In this document: one piece after another, positions 49,441 to 61,924 of the stretch
How the letters are laid out: the number at the start of each line of letters is the position of its first letter
Position numbering within the stretch: position 1 is the stretch's first letter
Source of the DNA: Diadema antillarum
Lineage: Eukaryota
Reading direction: 5' to 3'
Length of the DNA: 64,000 nt
NCBI RefSeq assembly: GCF_040938485.1
Contig: NW_027271172.1
Location: 1,178,001 to 1,242,000 of the forward strand
The notes under the pieces: generated by a model
The model's input: only the letters and a program-made list of their open reading frames with translations
Database searches by the model: none
What the model was told of the DNA's origin: nothing
Made by a program: the position numbers and the translations under genes

Positions 49441-51133
49441 GTAATGGTTCTTGGGTAACAACACGCATACACTTTCTACCGAGCATCATCCAAAGAGTAC
49501 CAGTGTGCCAGATCCACATGTGTTACATTTTTGCTCAATCTACAAAATTGTACGTGTGTGGGGGTTTTTTTTTTAATAATTCTGTGAGAAATTCAAGTAT
49601 TCCTTGATTTTCAATGATATTTTTCTTTTTTTTTTAAATTAAAGTAATAAGTAATAGATAATAAGTTATGTAAGCTGTACCCATTACTTTTTTTTATAAG
49701 CTATTTTCATTGTGTTATTTTTGAAAAGGGCCTGTGACAAGTGGTGTTCATAAGATTTAGAAAGGGATCTTTTTGTCAATCAAAGGTCCATTTTTATTGC
49801 ACAGCCAATTATTTTTTTCATTTAGCAATATGTTTGCTCCATAATTACTTGTTGATTATATTTAATGGCCCTTGCAGAAAAAGAAGAAGACAAAACCTGT
49901 AATGAGTACGGTAAAATGCAATGTCCTCTTATGGCATGTTTCGCAGATACTTTAACCAACCAAAGAAATTATTGCAGCTCTGTATTTTTTTTTCCACAAT
50001 CATCAATAAAGACATGGAAGAGGTTTCAGGTAATTGAACATTTTGAAAACATAATGACTCAAACCACTACTGAAAATCTAAACACACATACGTAGAACCT
50101 TCCACACTTCATGATAGATGCCTTGGCGCGTCCTACGAACCACGTCTCACAAGATATCTTCTCCCGCAGCCCCCCCCCCCCCCCCCCCCCCGATCACTCC
50201 TGCCCAGAACTCTGGCTTGCAGACTTGCTGCTGAGCGTGTTTATCTGGCTGTAATTCAGTTTAGCTCTTGAGGAAATTAAAGTGATCCCCTCTTCCAGTT
50301 CCGTTTTAAAATCAGGTGCTCCTACAATTCCTCCTTTTCCTTTGGCTGGCACTTGCCCCAGTCAGGAATTTGACTTATTGGTGCCTTATTTCCTCTCTTT
50401 TTTTTGTTCTCGTCACCAGCATACTTCCCACCCACTCCAATTTGAGCCAATTTTGGCTGATTTGGCCCCGGTTTTCTGAGGCATATCTTATGGTTCCTCT
50501 GTGTCACTCACCGGACACCTTTCCTTTGCGTTTTTTACCCACCATTTCCCTCCCCGCTGAGGTCTCTTGTGTGGTTGCCGTCGTCACACTAAATACCGAC
50601 GACGCGTCGTAGCAATATGGGTGAGTAACTTCCCCTCTGAGCTTTACCCGCTCGGCGCAGGAAGGAAAAAAAAAACACAGAAAGGGAGAAGTGCCGAAAA
50701 CTCATTCACTCATTCCCACGGCAGTGGTAAACAGACTTTGAGCCGGCGTTTACTGCGTGAGTGAGGGGGAAGTTACTCAGCTACATATTTTTGCCTTACT
50801 CCAACTTCCACGAACGAGCGATTTTTACGTTTCCCGTGAAATTCATGCATGACATTTTCCCAGTCTGCATTCCGTTGCGGTGTTTCCTGTTTTCTCCCGT
50901 GCGAAAAAAAAAAAAAAAACAGAAGACAGGGAAAAAAAAGTTGATAAACAGCTGTTTGGTTGGGAGTGAGACTGCTACAATAAGAGGCATTATTAATCAA
51001 GATTTGTGATTCAGTTGTTCATCTGACTGACTGCAACAAGTGTATCTACCCCCATCAATTTTGGCAAGTGTGGCCATGTAACAATGCCGGCATTCGTTTG
51101 CCCCCTTTCCTTGGATTTCTCGCGTCGGAGCAG

Positions 51134-51247
51134 CGGAGGAAGTTGTGTGGGAAACCTGACGGCTGCGCTCCGGGGAAGGGTAGCGTGGCCAGGCCCACGG
51201 TGTTACCGCTGAAGGCACCTAGGATGGGTAGCCTGGAAGAAGAAGAG
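51134..51247 (+). CDS. TRAF7: TRAF7 coding exon (RRKLCGKPDGCAPGKGSVARPTVLPLKAPRMGSLEEEE)
   Basis: Tandem acceptor GAG/CAG at 51128-51133; donor GAG|gtacgt. 114 nt, phase 0 to 0. Ends SLEEEE like recalled human SLPEEEEE, directly before the RING-start exon. Confidence 0.62.
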
Positions 51248-51761
51248 GTACGTTGTAGCATCGGCTGTCTTGTCTGTTCGTCTGTCTGTATGTCTCTCTT
51301 TCTGTTCGTATGATCGCACCTGCAACAGCGACCTTCTGCACCCCAAGGTTTGGTCTGCCAGTGTACACATACAGTGGTGTAATATGTAGTTTTTGTGTCA
51401 CCCAATGGCAAATCTGTTGAGTGAATCTATGCAGGAATTCAATAGGCAGTGCACAGCAATATCAACATTTCTAGGATTCCTTGAGATACTGTGTGTTTCT
51501 GTAACTTTGGTGACATTATAGGCTGTCTTGAATGTTTTTGTCAATATATAGTTTATACTGATGATGCGATAAAATCAGTCACATCGCAACTATTAGAAAC
51601 AATAACAAGCTCAAGATGCTTCTAGCATGTTTAAGATTCCTTGTAATATCAATGAAGGCATTTCTGCCTCAAAGTGACGATTAAAGTAAGTATTCTTTGA
51701 GGTCATGGTTGATCAGATGAACTGTTTTCTGTCTGCGTTCATTTTTGTGTTGGTTAAAGTA

Positions 51762-51987
51762 CTGTATAAGCTGGTTATTTTTTGCGTACAGATGTTTTCG
51801 CGAATGAGGAGGTCTCAGACTTTTTTTGCGAGATGTTGCTTTCACGAATGGAAACCTTGGCTATTGTAAGCGTACTATATTGCCATAGCGCATAGCAAAA
51901 TTTTCATTTGTTGTTAAATTCATGGTCCAAGAGTACTTCGTGAAATTCGCAAAAATTAAAACCTCGTGAAAATAACAGCTTATACAG
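51762..51987 (+). mobile_element. TA-target MITE (Tc1/mariner-like)
   Basis: TA|CTGTATAAGCTG(G)TTATTT ... AAATAACAGCTTATACAG|TA. Confidence 0.85.
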
Positions 51988-52208
51988 TAGTGAAAACATA
52001 CAACACTTCGTGCTATGCCCGCAGCTACACGTATTTCTGTGACTGTGCAGCAGTACGATTTGGCATTGCAGGAATATTCTGTGCTTGATGTCTTGTAGCA
52101 TGCAGATTCAGTTTTGCGAGTGTTGTACAATGTAATTTGCATGCATTTTTGTCAGTCGTGTGCAGAGTATTGCAAACTAATTTTGTTTAAAAACCATATT
52201 TCAATCAG

Positions 52209-52349
52209 GGCCCCATTTCATAAAACTTGTAATCAGTAACAAATTATGATAAGCTGATGAAATCCTTGCATCTGATTGGCTGAAAGCAAATTTGTCATAG
52301 ATATGTGGCAGTTGTTTAATACTGATAACATGTTTTATGACACGGGACC
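52209..52349. mobile_element. Harbinger-like MITE, same group as 7524-7640
   Basis: CAG|GGCCCCATTTCATAAAAC ... GTTTTATGACACGGGACC. Confidence 0.65.
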
Positions 52350-52619
52350 CAAGACTGTCTTGAATTCATGTTTAATCCATTTACTTCAGTGTGACACAAT
52401 TCCATGAATGTCTTGATACATTTTAAACCAGGAAAATGGATGTATAGCCTTTGCAGACCTTGGCAGCATCTTTGATAACATCAGCACCCTGATGCTATAA
52501 TTTACTTGCTACTGAAGCTACATGAATATACAAATTTGTGTACCGGTATATATTTTACAAGTTACTGAAGTTGCGTGATACAAATTTGTATACGGGTATA
52601 GAATATGGATGTATATTAA

Positions 52620-52704
52620 CCCATTGAGGATGGGCTGATTTTGCTACAACACACATATCACATAGACACCTGCCCGAGTATGCTCGGGACTCGTCCTTAA
52701 CAGG
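52620..52704. mobile_element. Tiny piggyBac-like MITE (85 bp)
   Basis: TTAA|CCCATTGAGGATG ... CGTCCTTAACAGG|TTA(T), with internal palindrome CCCGAGTATGCTCGGG. Confidence 0.65.
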
Positions 52705-54879
52705 TTATTGTGAATGTAACTATACAAACATTCCGTAGACATCAGCACCAAGAATTTTTGATGACGTCAACACCCTGTTGCTATAATACTAGTTACTGAA
52801 GTTGCAATAAGTTTGTACAGGGATATAACGCTTGATGTGAATGAAACTGATATAGAAACGTTTTGTAAACATCTGCACCGAAGACCGTTGATGACATCAA
52901 CAACTTGTCACTGTAATTCATTAGTGACTGAAATTGCATGAATATACAAATCTGTATGTATCCAATATATCTGTCAGTAGAATATAATATTACTGGTATC
53001 CGTAGTCACTTGATATTACAATGCTACTTTGCTGGCCCTGAACAGTGTGTGAGGGGCGAATGTTTGTTTCCGTTTTTGACAATATATTTGCACGTTGTTA
53101 TTTTTGCAGTCAAGAGCCTATTCGCAAATATTAAACCACAGCAAAAAAGATATAAATAAATAAACAAAAAAATTATCATTTACAGTATTGGTCTCTATAT
53201 AGTTATGTAAATATTAATTTTCTGTGGAATTATGTTTAAAAACCATATTTCATGCCAGTGCTCTTGTTTTGTACTGGATTAAAATGGGGCTTCTGAGAGA
53301 TATCAGGGATTAAGATTGTTGTGAGACGGAAGTGCAAGATCAGACATGCATTTTAAGAGAGATTACTGGATTTCACCACACATCCAACCCCTTGAAAAAG
53401 TATGGCAGAGTATCAACATTTTCATATAATCATTTTATTTTTCAGTATGTGCTTAAATTGTGTCTTCATGTTCATGTGTGCTTGAAATGTCAAATTTGGT
53501 GAGAGGATCAAAAGAATGTGAAAAGTTCATTAATACAGAGTCAATTTCATTGTCATTTCTTTTCTTGTCACATTTTATTATTATGATTGTGATTATTATC
53601 TTTGTAATGAATATGATTGTTACTGTTCATTATTATCATCATTATTTATTCTATTAATTATACCTTATCCTTATCTTTCTCTCTTTCTGGGGATGGATTT
53701 ACAATGTAGGTAGTCATTTCTTATTTAATGCCTTCAAACTTCAGGAAGGAGTTCACCTTGAAATTCATGATTTTCTTCCGTCGAGATTTTTTTATCATGG
53801 CTACTACTGAGACACTGATCAATTCAGTGCTTATTTACGTCGATGTAGGGCAATTTGTCAATCAGTTGCAAAGTTCACCTTGCTTTAACTTTAATGCCAT
53901 GCTATTCTTTGCCCCCTCCCACTCCGGCATTCTTTTGTATGGATACAGATTTCAGGTTATATGTGACAGCTCTGATCTTGTTTTCTGTTTGCAGACGTAC
54001 TGTAGTCTTCTTTAGATAGTAGATGTTTTTGTGGGAAGATACAAGCAAATTGTATTACGGTGATTTCTTCTGCCATAAGGTATATGCTGTATTTGTCTAT
54101 CCTGCATTATCTTCTGTGGATTTTGTGATTTTCCAAAAACATGGTTATTTGTTCTGTATTATGCTAATTAAAATGCTAATTTATGCATAATATTTTGTGC
54201 ATCAGATTTACGGCTCTAAATCCCTAAATAAAGCTTTAAATGGGCTAATGTTTTGTTTAATATTCTTTGTAGTATTATAAATGAATTTACGTGAAAACTT
54301 GCTATATTGAAATGAATTTACATATTTAGCCGAACTTTGGGTTTTTTTTTTACTTTTGTTTTTTATTGTTTCCTTTTATCTAGAAAAGTAATGGTAACCA
54401 AAAGGGATATTATTTGAGAAAAACCAGGAAAAAACATTCATCTGACACATCTTATAGAACCCATACATTGTGCACACACAAGTCATTGGAAACTGCCATA
54501 GGGCTTCAAAATGTGCACAAGATGTGAAAGAAAAAGTCATTAGATTTCAGTTAAAAAGACTGTAGCATTTTAAACTTATTGCAAAACAGCCAAGGGGGGC
54601 TTATTTAAAGATTAGATTTCTTGTATTGTATGAACCTTTCTTGGAAATGTCCAGTGATATCTCCTTTCACATGATTGTGGAAGTTAAAGACAATCGTTAC
54701 AAACCTAACCTCTTACATTAACCCCATTCATACTCAAGAACTGTTGGTTCTTTGATCATGATGAAATAATGATTAAAAAAAAATATATATTTTCATGGAA
54801 TATGCAAGACCAATGTGTGTCTCTATGTCTCACGATGTCTGTGTTCTCTTCTTCTTCAATTCCTTCCCACAATGCACAG

Positions 54880-54975
54880 AGTGAGGCCCTCGTCTTTGTG
54901 GAGCCCCCAAACAGAACCCTGTTCTGCCTTCTCTGCCGTTCAGTCTTCCAGGACCCAGTGATTACCCAGTGTGGG
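54880..54975 (+). CDS. TRAF7: TRAF7 RING exon 1 (SEALVFVEPPNRTLFCLLCRSVFQDPVITQCG)
   Basis: Acceptor ...ttcccacaatgcacAG; donor GGG|gtgagt. Closely matches recalled human [31 protein letters not shown]. Confidence 0.96.
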
Positions 54976-55051
54976 GTGAGTGTGTACATGCAGTACGTGT
55001 TAACACTTTCATTATTTACACTGTGCTGTCATCAATAAGTTCGTATACATA

Positions 55052-55153
55052 CAGTGGGTGATTTCAAGTTTGGTGCTAGTGTTAGTGCTATCTTGACACT
55101 AGCAGCCTCGGCACCAGGAGCAGTGATAAAACTGAACTTGAAATCAGTCAGTG
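55052..55153. mobile_element. Short palindromic TA-target MITE
   Basis: TA|CAGTGGGTGATTTCAAGTT ... AACTTGAAATCAGTCAGTG|TA, with inner stem TGCTAGTGTTA / TGACACTAGCA. Confidence 0.6.
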
Positions 55154-58100
55154 TAGGTTGACATCAGAATTACTGTATGAAGATGTATTTCTGGTAGTTG
55201 GTATTGGGCCTGGTGTTGAATGTCGTCTGCTGAACCGAGCTCCGCTGTGTGTATTGGCGATTTAGGGCTTTTTCCCGATTGACCAACATGAGCCTCAAGG
55301 GATTATCATATTGGTCATTTCTAGTTTAGTGTTGGTATTAGTGTTGCAATGTGCAAGATGCACATTCACATCCATGGATGCCAAAGAGCCCTAATATTAA
55401 CAGAAGGCAGTAGACTGCTAACTCTGCATACACCTTGTAATAGCTCCGTGATTGCGCGGAGTAATGTGGAATGAGATGCTACACAGACCCCTCATGCTAG
55501 CATACTAGCATATGAGCAGCCATTTAATTGCAAGGAGCAGCAAAATCAAGGGTGTAAACTCGCATAAAAGTTCAGAAGTTCAAGTACACCCTGTAAAAAT
55601 GTTACTTGAGCGTGCAGCCACACACTCATGTGAAGCGAAGTCCACCATTACTATCCTAGTAGCCTATCAAATACCTTCACATTCCTTGACGGAGACTCAA
55701 GTATTTTGGTACAGCTCATGTGCAATATACCATGTCCAATTAGAAGACTGATTGGTGGGCTAAAAAATATTCTATGGCCCGTAGAAAATATCTCATGGAA
55801 GTGATTAATTATATTTTTTCCCAGTAATATGCAGCACTTGTGTTGCTGCTGAAACAGTAAAACTACACAAAACATGATGCACTTCAAAAGTGAATGCTGA
55901 GAAATGACTTACAAACAGCACGCAGGTATTACTACAACTATAAAAAAGTGTGTTGTTTGAAGGTTTAAAAAAAGTGACTTGCTACACATTTTACAATAGC
56001 TGAGCCTACTTAAACAGATAATCCGTCCCTTGATCACCGATTCTGATAGTGCATTGAAGAGGAGATTGAGCATTAGAAATGGTCACATTCATTTTTTTTT
56101 TTTTTGGGGGGGGGGGGGGGGAGGGGGTGAAAGCATGACTAAGAGAGACTGAAATCAAGTTATACTGTGAAGGTCTCGCTTAGTCCCACAAATATAAATT
56201 GGTGTAATGAGGGAGGAGAACTCCAAGCCCCCTGTGAAGACAGAATGTTAACATTACTTAGGTAATGTGTTCACATTCTAATTCATTACCATCAATCATG
56301 GCCCTTCCTGAGTGCGAACATTCATGGACAAGACAGACCACCTGACGAAAAGAGAGTACTGCGCTCCATAATTAGTCGTACAAAAATGAGACAAACGGGA
56401 CAGTTTTGTTGTGGCAAACGGTTTCAAAAAGCAAAGATGCCCTTTCAGCAGGCTGACCTAAAACATTTAACGGATAGTGCATATTGTAGGTTTCTAATAT
56501 AGTGAAGTAACCATGAGGCACCATGCTGACGCCACAGCCTTTTATTTTTGGCCGACAATGTTTTTGTGGAAAGGAAATAATCTCTTTGGAGGAGAGTGCA
56601 TAGTAGACAGGTGAACTCTCCCCTTGAAATATACTTCACCCCTTCTACCCCCCCCCCCCCCCCCCATTCCCTTGTTTCCATTGCCCGTGGACATTTAATT
56701 GCAAAAGATAGACGTTGAGTCTGCCTAATCGATGCAATTAACAGCTGCTGTTCCCACTGGAAATGGGGTAAAGAATTAAAGAGTTATTTCGGAGACCACG
56801 AAGCAGAGCTCCGCTTCTTACTCACATACTCGGCAAAGTCAAGGCTATTTTTGTCCTATCTGTACTGTTGTCCTTCTCGTCTCAGTCCCATACATTGACT
56901 GCGCAAGGTATTAACTCTTCCTGTGCTATTGGTAATCAGTATGTGTGTGCAGCGTCAGTGGCGTTGTGGCACAGGAGCCCTGAAAGACTTAATTGGGGGA
57001 AGGATTGCACAAAATGGAGGTGTGGTGAGGTGCAACCACTGTCCTGCGCACTGCAGACTTTGCAGAGCCTTTGTAAGCCGTTATGCCTCAGTGCAGCAAA
57101 ATGAAGTCAGCATCAAAGTGTGTTTTGAATCCATGATGTTCCTGGGCCAAATACCTTGTGATTAGCTCATAAACTCACCTGCTTTTTTGAGTCATAAAAA
57201 TTGCTCTATTTTGTAGTACTTGGAGATACATTGTACCTATCTGGCTGAAATAATGCCATGCCTATTGAAATCATATGACGTTTCTAACCTATCTCGCCCA
57301 GATAGAATAAACAAATAGATATTGTATGTTTAACCTTTTTTGTATGTCATTATTAAAAAGATGTGTTAGTTTTATTACAAAACAATAAATTGTTTCATGA
57401 TATCTGGACCATAAGCATCCTCATGACATGGTTTCATCAGAAATTGAACAGTAACCTAGTAAATGAATTGATGATGAGATGTGCAATTAATTAATGAATA
57501 ATTTAGTAATCAATACGTGTATAAGATATCTTTGATGTACACTTGTATCTTTAAATTTGTGGATATGCATGAAATACTGTTCTTTCCAAAAAAAACATCA
57601 ATTCTTTGTGCATGGATATCTCATCATTTCCAAAGTACCTATAGATGCCTGGCCCAGCACTGCATATAAAGCCGTTGCATCTCTGTTCATTTTCTACATT
57701 TTCTATCTTATACAAATGCATAAAAGTTGTTGACCAAAAAGTTCATCTCGGTGATGCACCGTTAGTCAGTTTTGCCCTTTCCCGTGGTATTTTTCCAAAG
57801 CTGATGACAAAGACATCAAATCACATTCATGTGCAGCGTGTTAATAGAATGGAGTGATTCGGGATATCATGTGTCTATGTGGCTTCTTGGTAAGCATGGG
57901 GGGCAAAGGGGGCAGAAGAGTTACTTCATAAGAGAGGCCCTTTCCAGAAAACCCTCCTCATCACACCCATTTCCTCCTGTTATACAACTCCTCGAAAGTT
58001 TCACCAATCCCGATGGACCCCGGTATTCGCGGTATATAGGCCAGTGATCTTGAGCCGTGATGTACCCCTGTGTCCGCACACAGAAGGAAACATGATAGAT

Positions 58101-59466
58101 AGCAAGAAAATGACCTAAGATATATATATATATATATATATATTAAAGTTATAGGAGCGCAGAGAAATATATTAGGGCACAACCAAATCCCTCGCTGCCT
58201 CTCCTTTTGCTGGAGTCGGGAGCATGTGCCGACCGGGAACTGCTGGATCCAGTTTTGACCCATTTGGATCAAATTTACGCGCCGTCTCTTTATCGTTTTC
58301 GGCCTGTTCAGGAACTGTGTGCTTAGCAGCTCGATCCTAATCAGAGCTGACGGGCGGACAAAAGAAAATTGAAAAAAAGTGGAAGATGTGTCTGTTCCCT
58401 GTATCCGTTCATTCTCTCTCCGTCCTAAAGAGGAACATCCCCCTTTTTTCCCTCTACCCCTTCTTCTTTCGTGACTTCTGTGATGAATTTACTGATGAAA
58501 CATCATTTGACGAGAGAGAAAGCTAGTGTCTAATGTTGTTTGTTCCAGTTGACCATTCTTCCTGTACCAATTGTGGTATGTTCTCTGAAGATGTATGCGA
58601 GGTAAAAGTTGGACGTTTGCCCAAGTTATCTGTGACCACGGACAAAATGAGTCCACAAGTGTCACGCGAATTGCTTGCACAGCATTCGTGGTGGTGCTCT
58701 TTGTCTCCGATGTGTGTCGGGTCAAAGAAGATTGTTCATTCACCGTGGGATTTAGACATCGACACTCTACCGATGCTCTCTATATTTCTCTGCTAGTCTT
58801 TAATGGCACATTTTACTGTGCATGATGATATCTTACACGTTTTGTGCTGTGTAGTAATACTCATTTTCTTTTCATATCAATTTTCTCCTTGTGACCCTAA
58901 ATTGTAGTTATACAAGAGGGGTCATCTATCACAAACAAAAAAGAAGGGTTTAGCATAAAGCTGTCTTAATATTTGTACCTACAAGAAGACAACAGTTAAG
59001 AGTAGAACTGGAAATGTTATATACATGTAGTAACTGAATCAGCAAAGACATTGTATGAGTACATATCAAATGGTGTACTGTACTGCAAAATGGTTGTAAA
59101 TTCGTTACTTACTGATGGGGTAGTGTGCGTAGAGACAAATTTGACTATGAGAGAATTCCTGAGCAATGCATTCGAATGTGTTAGCTGACATGGATTTGAT
59201 TTGCTTCTGTACTCAAAAGTAATACTTTCACGTGCACACATCGATCTACATCTACCCTATAATTTTGTATTAGACTGTACTTGGGTAGTATATTGATTCA
59301 TGACACTTTTCCGAGGTTTCACAGAAATCTGCTGCAATTTACTTTCCACATTGTACACGAAGATAATGGAAGCAGATAGAGAGAAAGAAAAAAAAACCAG
59401 GTAAAATCCGCACCAAATACGACGGGGAAATGCACATGCATTCTATATGTCCAGTTTTAGCTTTAA

Positions 59467-59825
59467 AGGGATGGTACAGTTTCAGTTGAGATGGGGCTGC
59501 AGGTTTCCAACATTTTTTTATGATGATTTTTGAGATGATGAGAAATCTCTTATGAAATATGAAAGAGCACATAATTGTAAAAGGAATTCAAAGTTTATTT
59601 GATGAAAATTGGTTTTGAAATGGCAGAGATATCAATAACAAAGCAATCGCTTTGTTATACTTTGTTTTTGGATATCTCGGCCATTTGAAAAACAGTTTTC
59701 ATCAAATGAACTTTGAATTCCTCTTAGAATTGCATACTCGTTAGCGTTTCATACAGTGGTTTCTAAGTATCTTGCAAAAAAGTTAAAGGCTGAATCCTTA
59801 CCTCAACCAATACTATGCCATCCCT
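59467..59825. mobile_element. TTAA-target foldback MITE (Kolobok-like), second family
   Basis: TTAA|AGGGATGGTACAG ... CTATGCCATCCCT|TTAA; arms are inverted over most of the length (ggaattcaaagttt.. / ..aactttgaattcc). Confidence 0.8.
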
Positions 59826-60308
59826 TTAATCACCAACCAGGCCCCCTCCCCTCCCAGGTCTACTCTTACCGGGAAATTGATGATGCAAATCAGCGATGAA
59901 TTTTTGCTTGGAGGCAGGTCAACACATTGTCCAGGCCTGAATAGCATTGTTTCTTCATGTTTTGCCTTGTTTCTGTCCCCCCCCCCCCCCCCCCCAGTTT
60001 TTTTTTTTTTTTTCATTGTCCTATGTCTTCTGTTACTCAGTCATTTTGAGTCACTGGCTTTATGAATGTAAAGTTTGTTGCATATATGAAAAAACAACAA
60101 CAAACAGAGACTTATTTGAATGCAACAAACTCTCTCAGGGGGTATGTGGTTTCTGTCCGGTCATGAGCAATGTTTGAAGGAATGAGGGAAAGAGAGAGAG
60201 GGGGAAGCGAGAGATATATAGAAATATTTCAAAATTGATAAATAGAAACAAAATGAGCTGGGGAAGGAGAGATAGGAATATATAGACAGATAGAGTGAGA
60301 GACAGAAG

Positions 60309-60339
<31 letters not shown>

Positions 60340-61884
60340 ATAGGAAAAGATAGAGTTGAAGAAAAGAGCCAAAAGAAGTTATGCAAAGTAATAATAATAA
60401 TAATAATAATAATTCACAATATTCATCTAGCGCATTATCACATGAAATGTCTCTCAGCATTAAAGAAAAAAATAGGAGAAAATGGCTTTTAAATCCTGAA
60501 AAGAATGGAGGTTGTACAGTTGGAGTCATCTCCATATTCCCACTAGGTGTGTCCAGTGCGTCACAAAGTCGTGATGGCTCTCGCATATCGCGTCATGACA
60601 TGTTATTTGCTCGCACGCATACCACCGAGAATGACGACCGACTCATGAAAACGCATGAGGACGGGGTTCCCAGGGGAATGATTACATATCTCTAATTGAT
60701 GTGAAGTGAGTGTATCCTCCAGTTTCTATCACACCGATGGATGTATTCCAAAAAGAAAACATGTAGAGGTCAGTGTTGAGCATACAAGGTTGAGAGCAAA
60801 GAAACGTGGCTGCAGCAAATGGCTGAAAAATATTGAACTTGAAATTTTCGCTTTACGCTCAAAAACATGTTTACCAACAGAAAAAGAGAGAAAAAAAAGA
60901 AAGAAAGAGCACTATCAAGATCATCGCTTGATTTCGTTATTATTACTAAAAGTCTCACGTTGATGGCCTGATGCCCACTAGGGGAGTCCATTTTGGAAGG
61001 TCACATGTTTAAAAGTCATCGTGCTATTGTAGCAGCCATACAAAACAGGGCAGATGGACTTGCTTCGACCACTCTCTGCACTTTTCGGAATAATGATGTC
61101 TTCCAATGACGTTTGTGGAAATAATGGACAATCCCACGGGTGGAGCTAAAACAGCCTCCCCAACACCTCTTGCAGGAAACTTCTATTTGTCAGCAATGCT
61201 AATTAGGTTCGTTCTGATTATCAGCGGGGACGGGCCAACTTGTTTGCGTGATGTCTATGTTTAACATGTCATGCCCGGACATTTTTTTTTGCAGAGAACA
61301 CATGTTACTTTTTCTCTCTTTTGTTTGGAGAGGGAACACATGTGACTATTTTTTTTTTTTTTGGATGAGAAAAATCAAGAGACAAGCTGAGGCTTGGCTG
61401 TAAAACTTCACATTCAATATGAAAAAACCTCTTTTTCATCAGATATGAGAAGAAAAACAATTTGAAGCAGATTTTCTAAAAGACTGCTAAAAACTAAAAC
61501 AGGGAAATCACTGGTATACCACACTTTTAAGTTGATCTTAACTTTCAAGATCAACTTATATATTCTTTGTGAAACAGCCCCCTTGACAACAACCTAAATA
61601 TCCACTCTGCATGTGTGCTTGCTAAACTTTGATACATAACATTTCCGGGATGGAAGAGAGGCATAGGTTTTGTTTTTGTTGTCTTGGTTTTGTTTTGTTT
61701 TGTTTTGCTTTGCTTTTTTTTCTTTTCTTTTTGTCATGTTTTACAAGATACTCAGAGTGCGGAACATGGAATTTCTCAGTGTTGGGGATAAGCCCGATTT
61801 TATTTCTTTAATTCAGTGTGACTAATGATATGAATGATTTAACTCATCTTGCTTTTTTTTCTCCTCTTCCCCCACCCCCTCCAG

Positions 61885-61924
61885 CACACATACTGCCGCA
61901 AGTGTGTCACTTCTCGACAGTTCG
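61885..61924 (+). CDS. TRAF7: TRAF7 RING exon 2 (HTYCRKCVTSRQF+G)
   Basis: Long pyrimidine tract ...cccaccccctccAG; donor TTCG|gtaagt. 40 nt, phase 0 to 1. Matches recalled human HTFCRRCALKS-E. Confidence 0.96.

Noticed and set aside
50170-50250. Phase 0-0 exon candidate starting with a 22-C run (PPPPPPPRSLL...)
   Set aside because: The frame depends on an unreliable homopolymer length, the donor (GCT|gtaatt) is weak, and there is no homology.
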